Of a DNA stretch of 58,411 bases, positions 19,002 through 28,493 are shown piece after piece. The notes beneath the pieces are model-generated. The model searched no databases, was not told the DNA's origin, and saw only the letters and a program-made list of their open reading frames with translations. The first letter of the stretch is position 1. Every line of letters begins with the position of its first letter. A program made the translations under genes and the position numbers. The DNA is from a virus (Duplodnaviria; Caudoviricetes): IMG/VR virus record IMGVR_UViG_3300032285_002078, positions 1 to 58,411 of that record; one strand, written 5' to 3'.

Positions 19002-20512
19002 TGCAACATTTCTACGACGGTCAGATAAGACGTTATATCACGCAAACAATTCGTGTGTTTAGCAATTTTGTGGTCAAATACGGCGACGGCACGCTTGTAC
19101 GTATACCAGTCATGTACGGAGATGCTGATCGACAAGTTGCTAGTATTGTAAGACAAAATAGTGAAAATAAAATTAATAGTGTTCCTAGAATTTCTGTGTA
19201 TGTTAACGAATTAAGTTTAGATCGTACTAGACTCAGTGACTCTAGTTTTGTTGGAAAAGTACATTTTAGAGAACGCGGTATTCAAGTTGATCCGACTACC
19301 GAGCGCAATACTTATAATCAAAGCCAAGGCCGTAATTATACTGTTGAGAGGGTAATGCCAACTCCGTTTAAATTATCAATGAAAATTGATATATGGGCTG
19401 CCAATACTGATCAAAAATTGCAAATTCTTGAACAAATACTAGTACTATTCAATCCAAGTTTAGAATTACAAACTACAGACAACTATATTGATTGGACTAG
19501 TTTAACTACTTTAGAATTGTTTGATGTACATTGGAGTAGTAGAACGGTCCCCGTAGGAAATGATAGCCCTATTGAAGTAGCTACACTAACAGTGAATACT
19601 CCTATTTGGATCAGCCCGCCGGCCAAGGTCAAACATCTCGGTGTTATTACTAAAATTATTACAAGTTTTTATCAAGATTCAAACACAAGTCCAAGTGGTT
19701 ATATAGATGGATTAGGTCAAGATCTTGCAGATTCTACTACATCGTTTTCAGTGCGTTTAACAACAATAACAACAACCACTAGCGGAGACTTTGGAATACA
19801 AGTATACAATAGCGAAGTTAGATTGATGGCTGAAAAAGAAAATGCTATTCCCCAAGATAGTCTTTTACAATTACCAGTTAAACAAGGAGCGGCTATCAAC
19901 TGGCAAGAATTATTTGATCAGTTTCCGGAACAATATGTTGCAGGATCTAGTAGATTATTTCTAACACAATCTAATGGGTCAGCAGTTGTTGGTACTATAT
20001 TAATTAATCCTTTAGATAATACATTACTTAATGTATCGTGGGATCCTGATACGCTTACTACAAATACTGGAATAGATAGTCAAGGTTATTTAGATACCGA
20101 TGTTGGTTATGATTTAAGCGGGTGTCATAGGGCTAGTAGTCCTGGAACATTTGATGCCATCATGGATCCGTTAATGACTGGGCCAAACGATGTAAAATTT
20201 ATTTCTAGATACGGTGCATTGGCTGCCGGGCGGCGTTATCTAATCATAGAAGACATCGGTAGTAATATCAATATAGATGGTGCAGATGCCTGGAAAAGCA
20301 CAACCAATGTTGATTTTGTGGCTCGTGCAAACGACATTATTGAGTGGTCTGGCACGCAATGGAACGTAATTTTTGATAGTGTTCAAGAAACTGATACCAT
20401 GGTCTGGCAAACAAATATATACACTGGAGTTCAATACTTATGGAACGGAGTTTCCTGGGTTAAGAGCTTTGAAGGTGAATATAAGGCCGGTGAATGGAAG
20501 ATAGAACTTTAA
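19001..20512 (+). CDS. gp15: Tail sheath stabiliser/terminator (gp15-like) with C-terminal extension
   Basis: FYDGQIRRY..Q...FSN, P..YG, VPRIS, PTPF.L, QKLQILEQIL..FNP, WISPP. Confidence 0.8.
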   Translation: MQHFYDGQIRRYITQTIRVFSNFVVKYGDGTLVRIPVMYGDADRQVASIVRQNSENKINSVPRISVYVNELSLDRTRLSDSSFVGKVHFRERGIQVDPTTERNTYNQSQGRNYTVERVMPTPFKLSMKIDIWAANTDQKLQILEQILVLFNPSLELQTTDNYIDWTSLTTLELFDVHWSSRTVPVGNDSPIEVATLTVNTPIWISPPAKVKHLGVITKIITSFYQDSNTSPSGYIDGLGQDLADSTTSFSVRLTTITTTTSGDFGIQVYNSEVRLMAEKENAIPQDSLLQLPVKQGAAINWQELFDQFPEQYVAGSSRLFLTQSNGSAVVGTILINPLDNTLLNVSWDPDTLTTNTGIDSQGYLDTDVGYDLSGCHRASSPGTFDAIMDPLMTGPNDVKFISRYGALAAGRRYLIIEDIGSNINIDGADAWKSTTNVDFVARANDIIEWSGTQWNVIFDSVQETDTMVWQTNIYTGVQYLWNGVSWVKSFEGEYKAGEWKIEL

Positions 20513-20943
20513 CAGATAAAATTATATGTAGTGGTGCATTATTTTGTACCAAATCAACCCGCAGATTTTTACTGCTACAAAAAGCACACGGTAAACACAT
20601 TGGTACTTGGGGACTAGTAGGCGGCACTAATCTAGTCGGTGAGAATCCTTGGCAAGGTCTTCAACGAGAAATTGAAGAAGAAATAGGAAAAGTTCCTTAC
20701 ATTAATAAAACATTGCCATTAGAAAAGTTTGTTAGTAATGATAGTGTATTTAATTTCCACACTTATTTCTGTGTTGTTGAGGAAGAATTTATTCCAAAAT
20801 TAAGCAATGAGCATAGTGCATGGGGCTGGTTTGATCTACAACGATTTCCAAAACCTGTACACCGGGGACTTGATTTAAGTCTGCGTAATCGAATTATACA
20901 AACTAAAATACAAACAGTGATAGATTTAATAGACAATTTATAA
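20494..20943 (+). CDS. Nudix hydrolase
   Basis: Nudix box WGLVGG....GE....GL.REI.EEIG. Confidence 0.85.
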   Translation: MEDRTLTDKIICSGALFCTKSTRRFLLLQKAHGKHIGTWGLVGGTNLVGENPWQGLQREIEEEIGKVPYINKTLPLEKFVSNDSVFNFHTYFCVVEEEFIPKLSNEHSAWGWFDLQRFPKPVHRGLDLSLRNRIIQTKIQTVIDLIDNL

Positions 20944-20977
20944 AACAAAAAAGCCGCATATAGCGGCTTTTTGTTTT
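20942..20977. terminator. Bidirectional intrinsic terminator
   Basis: AAAAAAGCCGC-atata-GCGGCTTTTT between convergent genes. Confidence 0.88.
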
Positions 20978-20990
20978 GTACTTTTTTGAA

Positions 20991-23900
20991 TTAAGCCTGC
21001 GCTTCACTCCAACGTAATACCAAATTACAAGGAATACTTCCTGAACCAGCGGCACGATAGATGTTAATTGCCAGTACGTCTGGACCGTTTGGATATGTAC
21101 CACGGCCACCTAACACAGTGTTTGTTAGTTCTTTCAATCCTGATAAGTCAAGACCTTTGTCGTTTCCTGGAGCACTAATGAACGAGAAAATCTGTTCGCC
21201 TGGTTGTGCATAAGGCGGTTGTCCAAACTTGAATGTAACACTTGTACTTGCAGGAGTAATTGTACTGCTATCTGAAGTTTGGTTAAAAGTTACACGATAA
21301 TACTGCGTACCAAAATAACTTACTAATGTTGTTGTTGAAACATAAGTACCGCCTGGGAAAATGCCTCCAGTGTTAACCTCAGTACCGTTAGTGGCGTTAG
21401 TAGCTTCCCAACTTGCTTTCTGGAAGAAAATTTGTGAAGTTCTTGTTACAGGGTAGCTGTTTGTTGCTGTTAGTGTTGCAGCACCTGCTGTATTACCAGT
21501 TGCGTTCTTACTTAATGTAACATAATAATAGCTTACACTGTTATAAGTTCCCCAGAAGTTAATACTGTTAATAACACTACCGGATGCAATATTACTTCCG
21601 CTAATACCTTGACCAGTTGTTAGTCCAGATGTAAGATATGTATTATAGTTTGTAGTAGTAATGTACAAGTACGGGCTACCGCTAACTACTGAGTTAGCAC
21701 CACCAGGTACTAATTCAACTGTAATCGAACCAGTTGGGAAAGCTGCGGTTGTAATAGCAGTTGTCGTTTGACTTGCACCACCAGCCCAAACAACGCTACC
21801 ACCAGAAGCAACTTGTGAGAAGCTTGGCAAGCCGCCAGCACCAGAACTTTGTAAACCAGTCCATGTAACATCTGAAACGTTAGTTGGATAGTTTTGTGGA
21901 TTTAGCACACCTTCAACAACAATACCGCCTGTAAACTGTGCGTTAGAACCGTTGTATCCGTCTGATGTAATTTCAAGAGATTGTAACAATAATTGCGCAC
22001 GGTTAATCAAGTCCCTATCGCCCAAGTCACCAATAATTGCGTTAGACACACTGGGTGCTAGACGTATCATAAACGCTGTTTGTTTAGTAGTAGTTACTTG
22101 CAAGTTAGTAGAACTGTAGTTAAACAAGTATCCGCGATCCGAGTCAAAGCCGCCGTCTTGAATGTAAGCACTACCCCAGTGACTAATGTTTGGTGTTGCT
22201 GTACAAGCCACCTGGATAACACCAGTAGCAATAGCATGAGTAGCTGCTGTACCTGCGCTGAATGATCTAGCAAATCCTGCTACGAAGTGTGTAAATGTTG
22301 CTGTTCTTGTTGCGCCTGTTAAATTACCTGCACCTGTTGATGCGCTCTTACCAGTATAGCTGATAAATTCATTATCTATGTAAACAGTACCGGCAGTTGG
22401 GAAAAATGTTAAATCTGCAACTGGTATAGTCGTTTGGCTTACATCCATGGCTGCTGTTAGTTGGCTTCTTGCACCTTCGTTGACAACTTCATAACGAACT
22501 GGGCTGTTACCTGAACGCTGATAAGCTTCTCTGTTTAAGTTATTACCACGTAGTCTGTGAACAGTAATATATTGCCCTGTTGGGCCACGCATCATCCAGT
22601 CTGTAAATCCAGCACCATACCATGTCCACTGCAAGCCAATCATCTGCATCTTACCTGCATCAATATTATATCCGCTTGGGTTGAAAACTCCTCCGGTTCC
22701 GTCACAACGATCTACGTTCCATTTACTCTGTGGCACAATATATTCAAGAGTTTTAGCAATCTTGATACCCGAGCTAGTGTTTGTTCCACGATAGTCTGGA
22801 GAAATATACATTGTAGTGTCGCTGGCAATATTAGTTACCACGTGGGTCATACCACGAATAACTACACGATCACCTGCTACCAATTGGCTGGCAAAACGTG
22901 TTGCTACACCAGTTACTGTATTGCTATCAGGTGCAACTGTTGCTGTACCTGAAATTTGGAATGTGCTAGATCTACGTCCGATAGCAAATGTATTGCCGTC
23001 GTATTGAAAGAACGGACCGTTTTGGTCGTCAAATGTTCCTGCACGAACAACAGCACCTGTCCAGTTTTTAATAACCATGTAGCACGGGCCGTCTAAAGAT
23101 GTACTAGTTGCACCTAGTGTAGTTGTAGCCAATACTGTTAATGTACGTTCATCAACAATACTTGCCACAGTATATGTGCCATTATAGCCAGATGTAAATA
23201 CGCCGGCAATTTGAATAGTAGCACCAATTTGACAGTTATGATCAACATCGTCTGTGACAATAGTAATAACACTACCAGCACTAGTTCCGCTAGAATTAAC
23301 ACTCTTAATATCATAGTTAGGAGCAAACAATGCACCAGTATTATAATTAATAGCTTTACCAGACTGATAACGAATGTACTTTTTACTCATACGAATTGCA
23401 TGAGAACCATAAGCAGGGCCGCCTGTACTTAAAATAACGCCGCCGTCTAGTGGTCTGTGTAAGAACCAACTATCAGGACGAGCATAAATCAATCCACCAA
23501 TTGTTCCAGTAATAACGGCTGCACTTCTTGCAGTATATGTAAGTGTTGTTGCGCTTGGAGTAGATTCAATAAAGAACGGGCCGCCAGCGATTTTATGGTT
23601 TTGTGTATCGCCAGAGTCACTTGTAACATACACTAGAATTGTACCGCCAGCAACAAACCCGTGGGGAGCCGGGAATGTAATTGTAATTACTGGAGTTGCG
23701 GCTGCGCTATAAGTAAATTGAGGAGCACTTACAGCAGCACCTGTATAGAATCCGCCTTTACGCAACTGAATAATAGGACTGTATAAACTATCGCCGTTTG
23801 CAGACCCTACTTGTGCTTTAGCATAGTAAGTAAAACTACTCGTTGTAGGCACTGAAAATATAATAAAACTGCCTTCTGCGCGGCTAAAACCTGTAATACT

Positions 23901-24500
23901 TGTGTTTAACCCTTTAATAGTGAACGGGCCGCCTACTAATAAACCGTGTGAGCCAGATGTAGTGACTGTGATCAAACTTTCACCAGTCGCAGCATTTGTT
24001 GTGATTGCAGTAACGGTTGTATCTGTTCCTGGAATTTCGTAAATGCTTGGGTAACCACGCATCATGCTAACTGCTTGCCACTTTGTAGGTTGTAATCCAT
24101 ATTCAAAGTCTGCATCAAGCATGGACATTGGTGCAGAAATACGTGTACGTTCAAACGCATCTGTACCAATTTCTGGCATACGGACATCCATAAATGGCTT
24201 TTCGTAGAATATTTGGATAGTATCGTTAGCACTGTGGCTTGCGGTATTAACTTGTAGTGTAATTGTAGTAATACCGTCAGTACTATCCAACGCTGTTGTA
24301 AAGTTAGTATCGTTTGCTCTAGTAAATGTAATTGCTGTGCTAGCGTTTGTTGTGTCAGCAAAGTTATATAGAATAACATTGCGTGTGGTGTTTGTGATAA
24401 TTAACAACTGATTAAGATCAACCTTACCCGGAACTTTAATAGTACCTACGCCAGCAGCACCTGGGGTAAAAACGTAGCTTCTAATCTGACTTTTGGCCAT
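20991..24500 (-). CDS. Large virion structural/tail-fibre-associated protein (1169 aa)
   Basis: Thr/Ser/Gly-rich with repeated IT.T....HG...G....I.G modules; TAAATA at 24529-24534 and GGAG SD upstream. Confidence 0.7.
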   Translation of the reverse strand: MAKSQIRSYVFTPGAAGVGTIKVPGKVDLNQLLIITNTTRNVILYNFADTTNASTAITFTRANDTNFTTALDSTDGITTITLQVNTASHSANDTIQIFYEKPFMDVRMPEIGTDAFERTRISAPMSMLDADFEYGLQPTKWQAVSMMRGYPSIYEIPGTDTTVTAITTNAATGESLITVTTSGSHGLLVGGPFTIKGLNTSITGFSRAEGSFIIFSVPTTSSFTYYAKAQVGSANGDSLYSPIIQLRKGGFYTGAAVSAPQFTYSAAATPVITITFPAPHGFVAGGTILVYVTSDSGDTQNHKIAGGPFFIESTPSATTLTYTARSAAVITGTIGGLIYARPDSWFLHRPLDGGVILSTGGPAYGSHAIRMSKKYIRYQSGKAINYNTGALFAPNYDIKSVNSSGTSAGSVITIVTDDVDHNCQIGATIQIAGVFTSGYNGTYTVASIVDERTLTVLATTTLGATSTSLDGPCYMVIKNWTGAVVRAGTFDDQNGPFFQYDGNTFAIGRRSSTFQISGTATVAPDSNTVTGVATRFASQLVAGDRVVIRGMTHVVTNIASDTTMYISPDYRGTNTSSGIKIAKTLEYIVPQSKWNVDRCDGTGGVFNPSGYNIDAGKMQMIGLQWTWYGAGFTDWMMRGPTGQYITVHRLRGNNLNREAYQRSGNSPVRYEVVNEGARSQLTAAMDVSQTTIPVADLTFFPTAGTVYIDNEFISYTGKSASTGAGNLTGATRTATFTHFVAGFARSFSAGTAATHAIATGVIQVACTATPNISHWGSAYIQDGGFDSDRGYLFNYSSTNLQVTTTKQTAFMIRLAPSVSNAIIGDLGDRDLINRAQLLLQSLEITSDGYNGSNAQFTGGIVVEGVLNPQNYPTNVSDVTWTGLQSSGAGGLPSFSQVASGGSVVWAGGASQTTTAITTAAFPTGSITVELVPGGANSVVSGSPYLYITTTNYNTYLTSGLTTGQGISGSNIASGSVINSINFWGTYNSVSYYYVTLSKNATGNTAGAATLTATNSYPVTRTSQIFFQKASWEATNATNGTEVNTGGIFPGGTYVSTTTLVSYFGTQYYRVTFNQTSDSSTITPASTSVTFKFGQPPYAQPGEQIFSFISAPGNDKGLDLSGLKELTNTVLGGRGTYPNGPDVLAINIYRAAGSGSIPCNLVLRWSEAQA

Positions 24501-24557
24501 TTATGACTTCTCCAAATATTATTAATGTTATTTAGCTTAATTTAGTGTTCGCATTTA

Positions 24558-25310
24558 TTATCGAGCACTTACACCTGAAAAGTAACCCATTATAAACATA
24601 TCTTCTACTTGCTTCTTGGTGGCTGCATATGTTCTATTAATATTCCATGTAGGGTCTGACATAGTTATCGCTGCATTTGTAAATCTGCCTGATGCCGCAG
24701 TTGTTGCACCAATTATAACATTATCAATTGTGCCTGCTGTCGCCGGATTAATAGTAATTGTACCACTTCCAGTTGGGCTTAATGTTACTGTTTGATTATT
24801 GGACACCGCTGAAAGTTGTCCAAGTAATGATGTAGTTTGTCCAAGTGTTCCAAGCGTTAATGTGCTAGACGGGCTTACTGTAACTAATCCCGTCGGGCTT
24901 ATTGTAACATTTGCTGCTGGGCTTAATGTAACAGTATCAGTTGTAGTAAGAGTTGTAAATCTTCCTGGTGCTGCTGTTGTCACACCAATGCTTGTATTGT
25001 TCAGTGCTGCCGTTGTTGCTGGTGCTAGACTAAAAGTACCAGATGTTAAATTTAAATTACCAGTAATATTGACAGTACCTGTAACATTTAATCCGTCTAA
25101 TGTACCTGCAACATGTGTAACACTTGGTCCTAATGTAGTAGGTGTTAATAAAGCATCCCCGTTATAGCCTAAATAAGAACCAGTTGTAAGTTCAATTTTA
25201 GTACCAGTAACTGTAATGGTATTTGTGACCAAGTTTCCTTCAACGTCTACTACAAAATAAGGGCTAACGTATCCGTGTGCTGATCTAAATAATTTAGAAA
25301 CTGTAGTCAT
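24558..25310 (-). CDS. Tail-fibre-like repeat protein; probable start MTTVSK
   Basis: Carries the SPTG.GT..INPAT.G.I.NV.IG.TT...G.FT repeat shared with its two upstream neighbours; a start at 25310 avoids overlap. Confidence 0.65.
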   Translation of the reverse strand: MTTVSKLFRSAHGYVSPYFVVDVEGNLVTNTITVTGTKIELTTGSYLGYNGDALLTPTTLGPSVTHVAGTLDGLNVTGTVNITGNLNLTSGTFSLAPATTAALNNTSIGVTTAAPGRFTTLTTTDTVTLSPAANVTISPTGLVTVSPSSTLTLGTLGQTTSLLGQLSAVSNNQTVTLSPTGSGTITINPATAGTIDNVIIGATTAASGRFTNAAITMSDPTWNINRTYAATKKQVEDMFIMGYFSGVSAR

Positions 25311-25320
25311 AGTTTTTCCA

Positions 25321-25995
25321 TTAATACATTGCCATGCCATATGCGGCTGCTAATGCGGCTGCATATCCAAATGTAACTGCACTATTTGGGCCAGCTGGCT
25401 GACTGGTCATTGTTAATGTTGTAAATCTTCCAGATGCAGCAGTTGTTGAACCAATAGCTGTATTATTAATAGTACCAGTTACAGTAGGATTAATAATAAG
25501 AGTTCCTGTACCTACTGGACTAATAGTGATAGTGGCATTGTTGCCGTTCATGTTAACGTTGCCAGTAGTTGTTAGGGTAGTAAAAGTAGCCGGTGCAGGA
25601 GTAATATTACCAATAGTTACATTATTCATAGTTCCTGTGGTCGCCGGAGCAATTGTAATAGTACCTGTTCCTGTTGGGCTTAACGTAACTGTAGCATTTG
25701 CTGAATTTAAATTTACAGTACTGGTTGCAGTTAAGGTTGTAAAAGTTCCTGCTTTAGGAGTACTTGCACCAATAATAACATTATTCAATGCACCAGTTGT
25801 TGCTGGATTAACTGCTAAACTATTTGTTACTGTTAAATCTGCAATTGAACTTCCAGTATTAATATACAATGTATTTGTAACTGCATCAGTAGTTACCGCA
25901 ACACCATTTGTTCCTACAACATTTAAAACATTATTAGATGCATGCAGATTAATTGTGTTTTGACCGCTGACTGTGAGATATGTATAACCGTTCAT
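25321..25995 (-). CDS. Tail-fibre-like repeat protein (224 aa)
   Basis: Three copies of the PAT.G..NN..IG..TP....FTTLT repeat; hydrophobic C-terminus. Confidence 0.7.
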   Translation of the reverse strand: MNGYTYLTVSGQNTINLHASNNVLNVVGTNGVAVTTDAVTNTLYINTGSSIADLTVTNSLAVNPATTGALNNVIIGASTPKAGTFTTLTATSTVNLNSANATVTLSPTGTGTITIAPATTGTMNNVTIGNITPAPATFTTLTTTGNVNMNGNNATITISPVGTGTLIINPTVTGTINNTAIGSTTAASGRFTTLTMTSQPAGPNSAVTFGYAAALAAAYGMAMY

Positions 25996-27182
25996 ACGGC
26001 TGCTCCTAAAAGAATAGCCTGTAATTGGCTGAGTGTTATAAGTTGATTACCTGTTGTACTAGGATTTAAAACTGTTATCGTAGTAAATGTGCCAGACGCT
26101 GGCGTAGTTGCACCAACAGATACATTATTAATAGATCCTAAATTTGTAGGGTTAAAAGAAATAGTACCCGTACCCGTTGGGCTCATAGTAATTGTTTGAT
26201 TGTTGCTAACAAATGATCCTGTTGAATTTACTGTTAATATTGTAGCAATTATAGAATCTGGTGCCGATGCTCCTATACTTACATTATTAATTGTACCGGT
26301 TGTTGCAGGATTAATAGTAACTGTGCCAGTTCCGGTTGGTGCTAATGAAATTTGTTGATTAGTACTAATTGCAGATACTGCACTGGTTGATGTTAATTGT
26401 GTAAATGTTCCATCAGTAGGAGTTGATCCTCCAATATTTACATTATTAAAATTTGATACCGTTATAGTGTTTGCTGTAAAAGAATTAGTAACTGTTAAAT
26501 TAGCAACATTATTCAAACTAAATGTTATTGCACTAGGAGCAGTAGTAATTGTAATTGCACTATCTGTATTTTTAATGTTTAGTTTTGTTAATATAAAATC
26601 AGCAGCTAATGTTGTTTGACCCGGAACTTGAACTAACCCAATATTGCTAATTGCCATAGATCCATTTTCATTGACAGCCATGAATCCGTCAGGAAGATTA
26701 GAATTATTCCAATTTTTAAATACACCCAATTCGCCGCCAGTACTTGAACTTTCGCCATCGATGGTTGGAATATATGTAGGTGTTAGTCTTTCATAGTAGG
26801 TAACTTTAAAAGTTAATTTAACGTGTTCTAACGGGGTAACACCGTCATCTTGATTGAAAGGACTGGCTGTTAATATTACTTTAGATGCGTCAACTGTTGC
26901 GCTGAACTGTACTAAATCTCTACCATTATTATTTCTACTGCTAACCAATACTGATGCCTGTTCGGGTCGAGCAGAAACTTTTACGCTAACATACTCAACA
27001 TCATTTTTTCCGTATTCAGCTACTACTTCGTAAACTGCGCTAGAAAATTCTCCAACAAACCATGTATCTATTACGGTATCCGTTGGAATAGGTATTTCAG
27101 ATCCTTTAACGGACCAGTTTATACCCTTTTTAAGTCTCAGGGTATTTCTTAAGCCTTTAACAAAATAGTCTGCAAAGTTCAT
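25992..27182 (-). CDS. Tail-fibre-like repeat protein (396 aa)
   Basis: Same repeat three times in the C-terminal half; ATGA overlap with the next gene; TAAATA at 27203-27208. Confidence 0.7.
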   Translation of the reverse strand: MNFADYFVKGLRNTLRLKKGINWSVKGSEIPIPTDTVIDTWFVGEFSSAVYEVVAEYGKNDVEYVSVKVSARPEQASVLVSSRNNNGRDLVQFSATVDASKVILTASPFNQDDGVTPLEHVKLTFKVTYYERLTPTYIPTIDGESSSTGGELGVFKNWNNSNLPDGFMAVNENGSMAISNIGLVQVPGQTTLAADFILTKLNIKNTDSAITITTAPSAITFSLNNVANLTVTNSFTANTITVSNFNNVNIGGSTPTDGTFTQLTSTSAVSAISTNQQISLAPTGTGTVTINPATTGTINNVSIGASAPDSIIATILTVNSTGSFVSNNQTITMSPTGTGTISFNPTNLGSINNVSVGATTPASGTFTTITVLNPSTTGNQLITLSQLQAILLGAAV

Positions 27183-27274
27183 ATAGTCTCACTAGTACAA
27201 TGTATTTATTCATAGTCAAATATATTGCTCACGCTCGCTAAAAATGCTAAATTAATACAAACTAGGAGTCTTAT

Positions 27275-27850
27275 ATGGGTCGTTATTCAGAGTATTTTAA
27301 TGAAATATGGAAATTGCAAGCTAATCGAAAAGTTATTGGAATAACACTATTTGGTGTATTATTTGACAACTCTGTGCCGTTTACACCTGGCAATCAATTA
27401 ACTGTTGCGGATGGTGCTGATAAGGCTATCCAAATACTCACGCAAAAAGGTTATGATTTTGTTATTATTGCAGGACAAGCACCCAGCAGAACTAAAAATT
27501 TAGATCAGCAAGACTTTGAAAATATTCTAAACGGTACCAGAGAAATATTTGAAAGCATGGGTGCAAGAATTAAAAGTGCATATTATTCTCCGGGAACAGA
27601 CAAATCAGATCCGTATGTTAAACCTAATATTGGAATGTTTGAACGGGCACAGTCTGAAGGATTTATTAAATGGGACGGAACTTACTACGTTGGAGCAGAG
27701 TCTAATGATGTTAAGGCTGCGGCAAAAGTTAAATCAATTCCAGTTTTAATTAAATCAGGCAAAGGATCTAAAACAAAAGCGTTTGAATTAACACATCAGG
27801 TTAAGGTACAAGAATTTGATAGCTTATTAGAATTTGCTAACAGCATATAA
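27275..27850 (+). CDS. GmhB/HisB-like HAD-IIIA phosphatase homolog with degenerate catalytic motifs
   Basis: Keeps YYSP....D...KPNIGMF and YVG....D..AA, but motif I reads IGITLFGVL instead of FLDRDGVI. Confidence 0.7.
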   Translation: MGRYSEYFNEIWKLQANRKVIGITLFGVLFDNSVPFTPGNQLTVADGADKAIQILTQKGYDFVIIAGQAPSRTKNLDQQDFENILNGTREIFESMGARIKSAYYSPGTDKSDPYVKPNIGMFERAQSEGFIKWDGTYYVGAESNDVKAAAKVKSIPVLIKSGKGSKTKAFELTHQVKVQEFDSLLEFANSI

Positions 27851-27851
27851 T

Positions 27852-27877
27852 AAAAAAGGAGCAGTTGCTCCTTTTTT
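27852..27877. terminator. Bidirectional intrinsic terminator
   Basis: AAAAAAGGAGCA-gt-TGCTCCTTTTTT between convergent genes. Confidence 0.85.
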
Positions 27878-27881
27878 GTTG

Positions 27882-28493
27882 TTAAAATTCTCTTGAATTT
27901 AGTATATCATCAGTTCCAGTTTGACCTTTCCAAAATGTATTAAATGCCATTGTTCTACGAATTTCAGCTGTTTTATTAGGTAATACTTGATGTCCAACAT
28001 TTGATAATATAAGAAGTAAGTGATTTTTTAAATTAGTTTCAGGTGTTACCAATTCTTTTATACTTACAGGACGTTGTTTTCTATAAAGATAGCAAGGAAT
28101 TTCTTGAACAGTAGTATTCATTGAAAAGTTTAAATTATCCGGGTTATCGTCCAAATACAATACACCGCTAACAACACTAAATGGATGTACGTGATCCTGA
28201 TGGCTGCCTCCTGCTAGAGTTTTATTAGCCCAAGAATTAGATATTTCTATTTTTTCAAAATGTTCAGCACCGTATGCATTTTTTAAATAATTTCCACATT
28301 CGTTTTCTAAAACATCTTTAATTGTTTTAAATTCTTTTCGATTAAAAAGATGTTGATCAATACTTATATCGTTATACTTATTGCGCTTAAATTCAAGTTT
28401 ATCAAATTCTTCACGCAATAAGTCAAAATTTATCTCGTTACTTAAATCTTTAATTAAAACTAAATTGGTAGACAAATTAAAAAATTCGTTCAT
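27882..28493 (-). CDS. Putative 2OG-Fe(II) oxygenase
   Basis: SWAN......H..HVHP.S.VSGVLY...H.V.P......RRTMAFN. Confidence 0.8.
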   Translation of the reverse strand: MNEFFNLSTNLVLIKDLSNEINFDLLREEFDKLEFKRNKYNDISIDQHLFNRKEFKTIKDVLENECGNYLKNAYGAEHFEKIEISNSWANKTLAGGSHQDHVHPFSVVSGVLYLDDNPDNLNFSMNTTVQEIPCYLYRKQRPVSIKELVTPETNLKNHLLLILSNVGHQVLPNKTAEIRRTMAFNTFWKGQTGTDDILNSREF

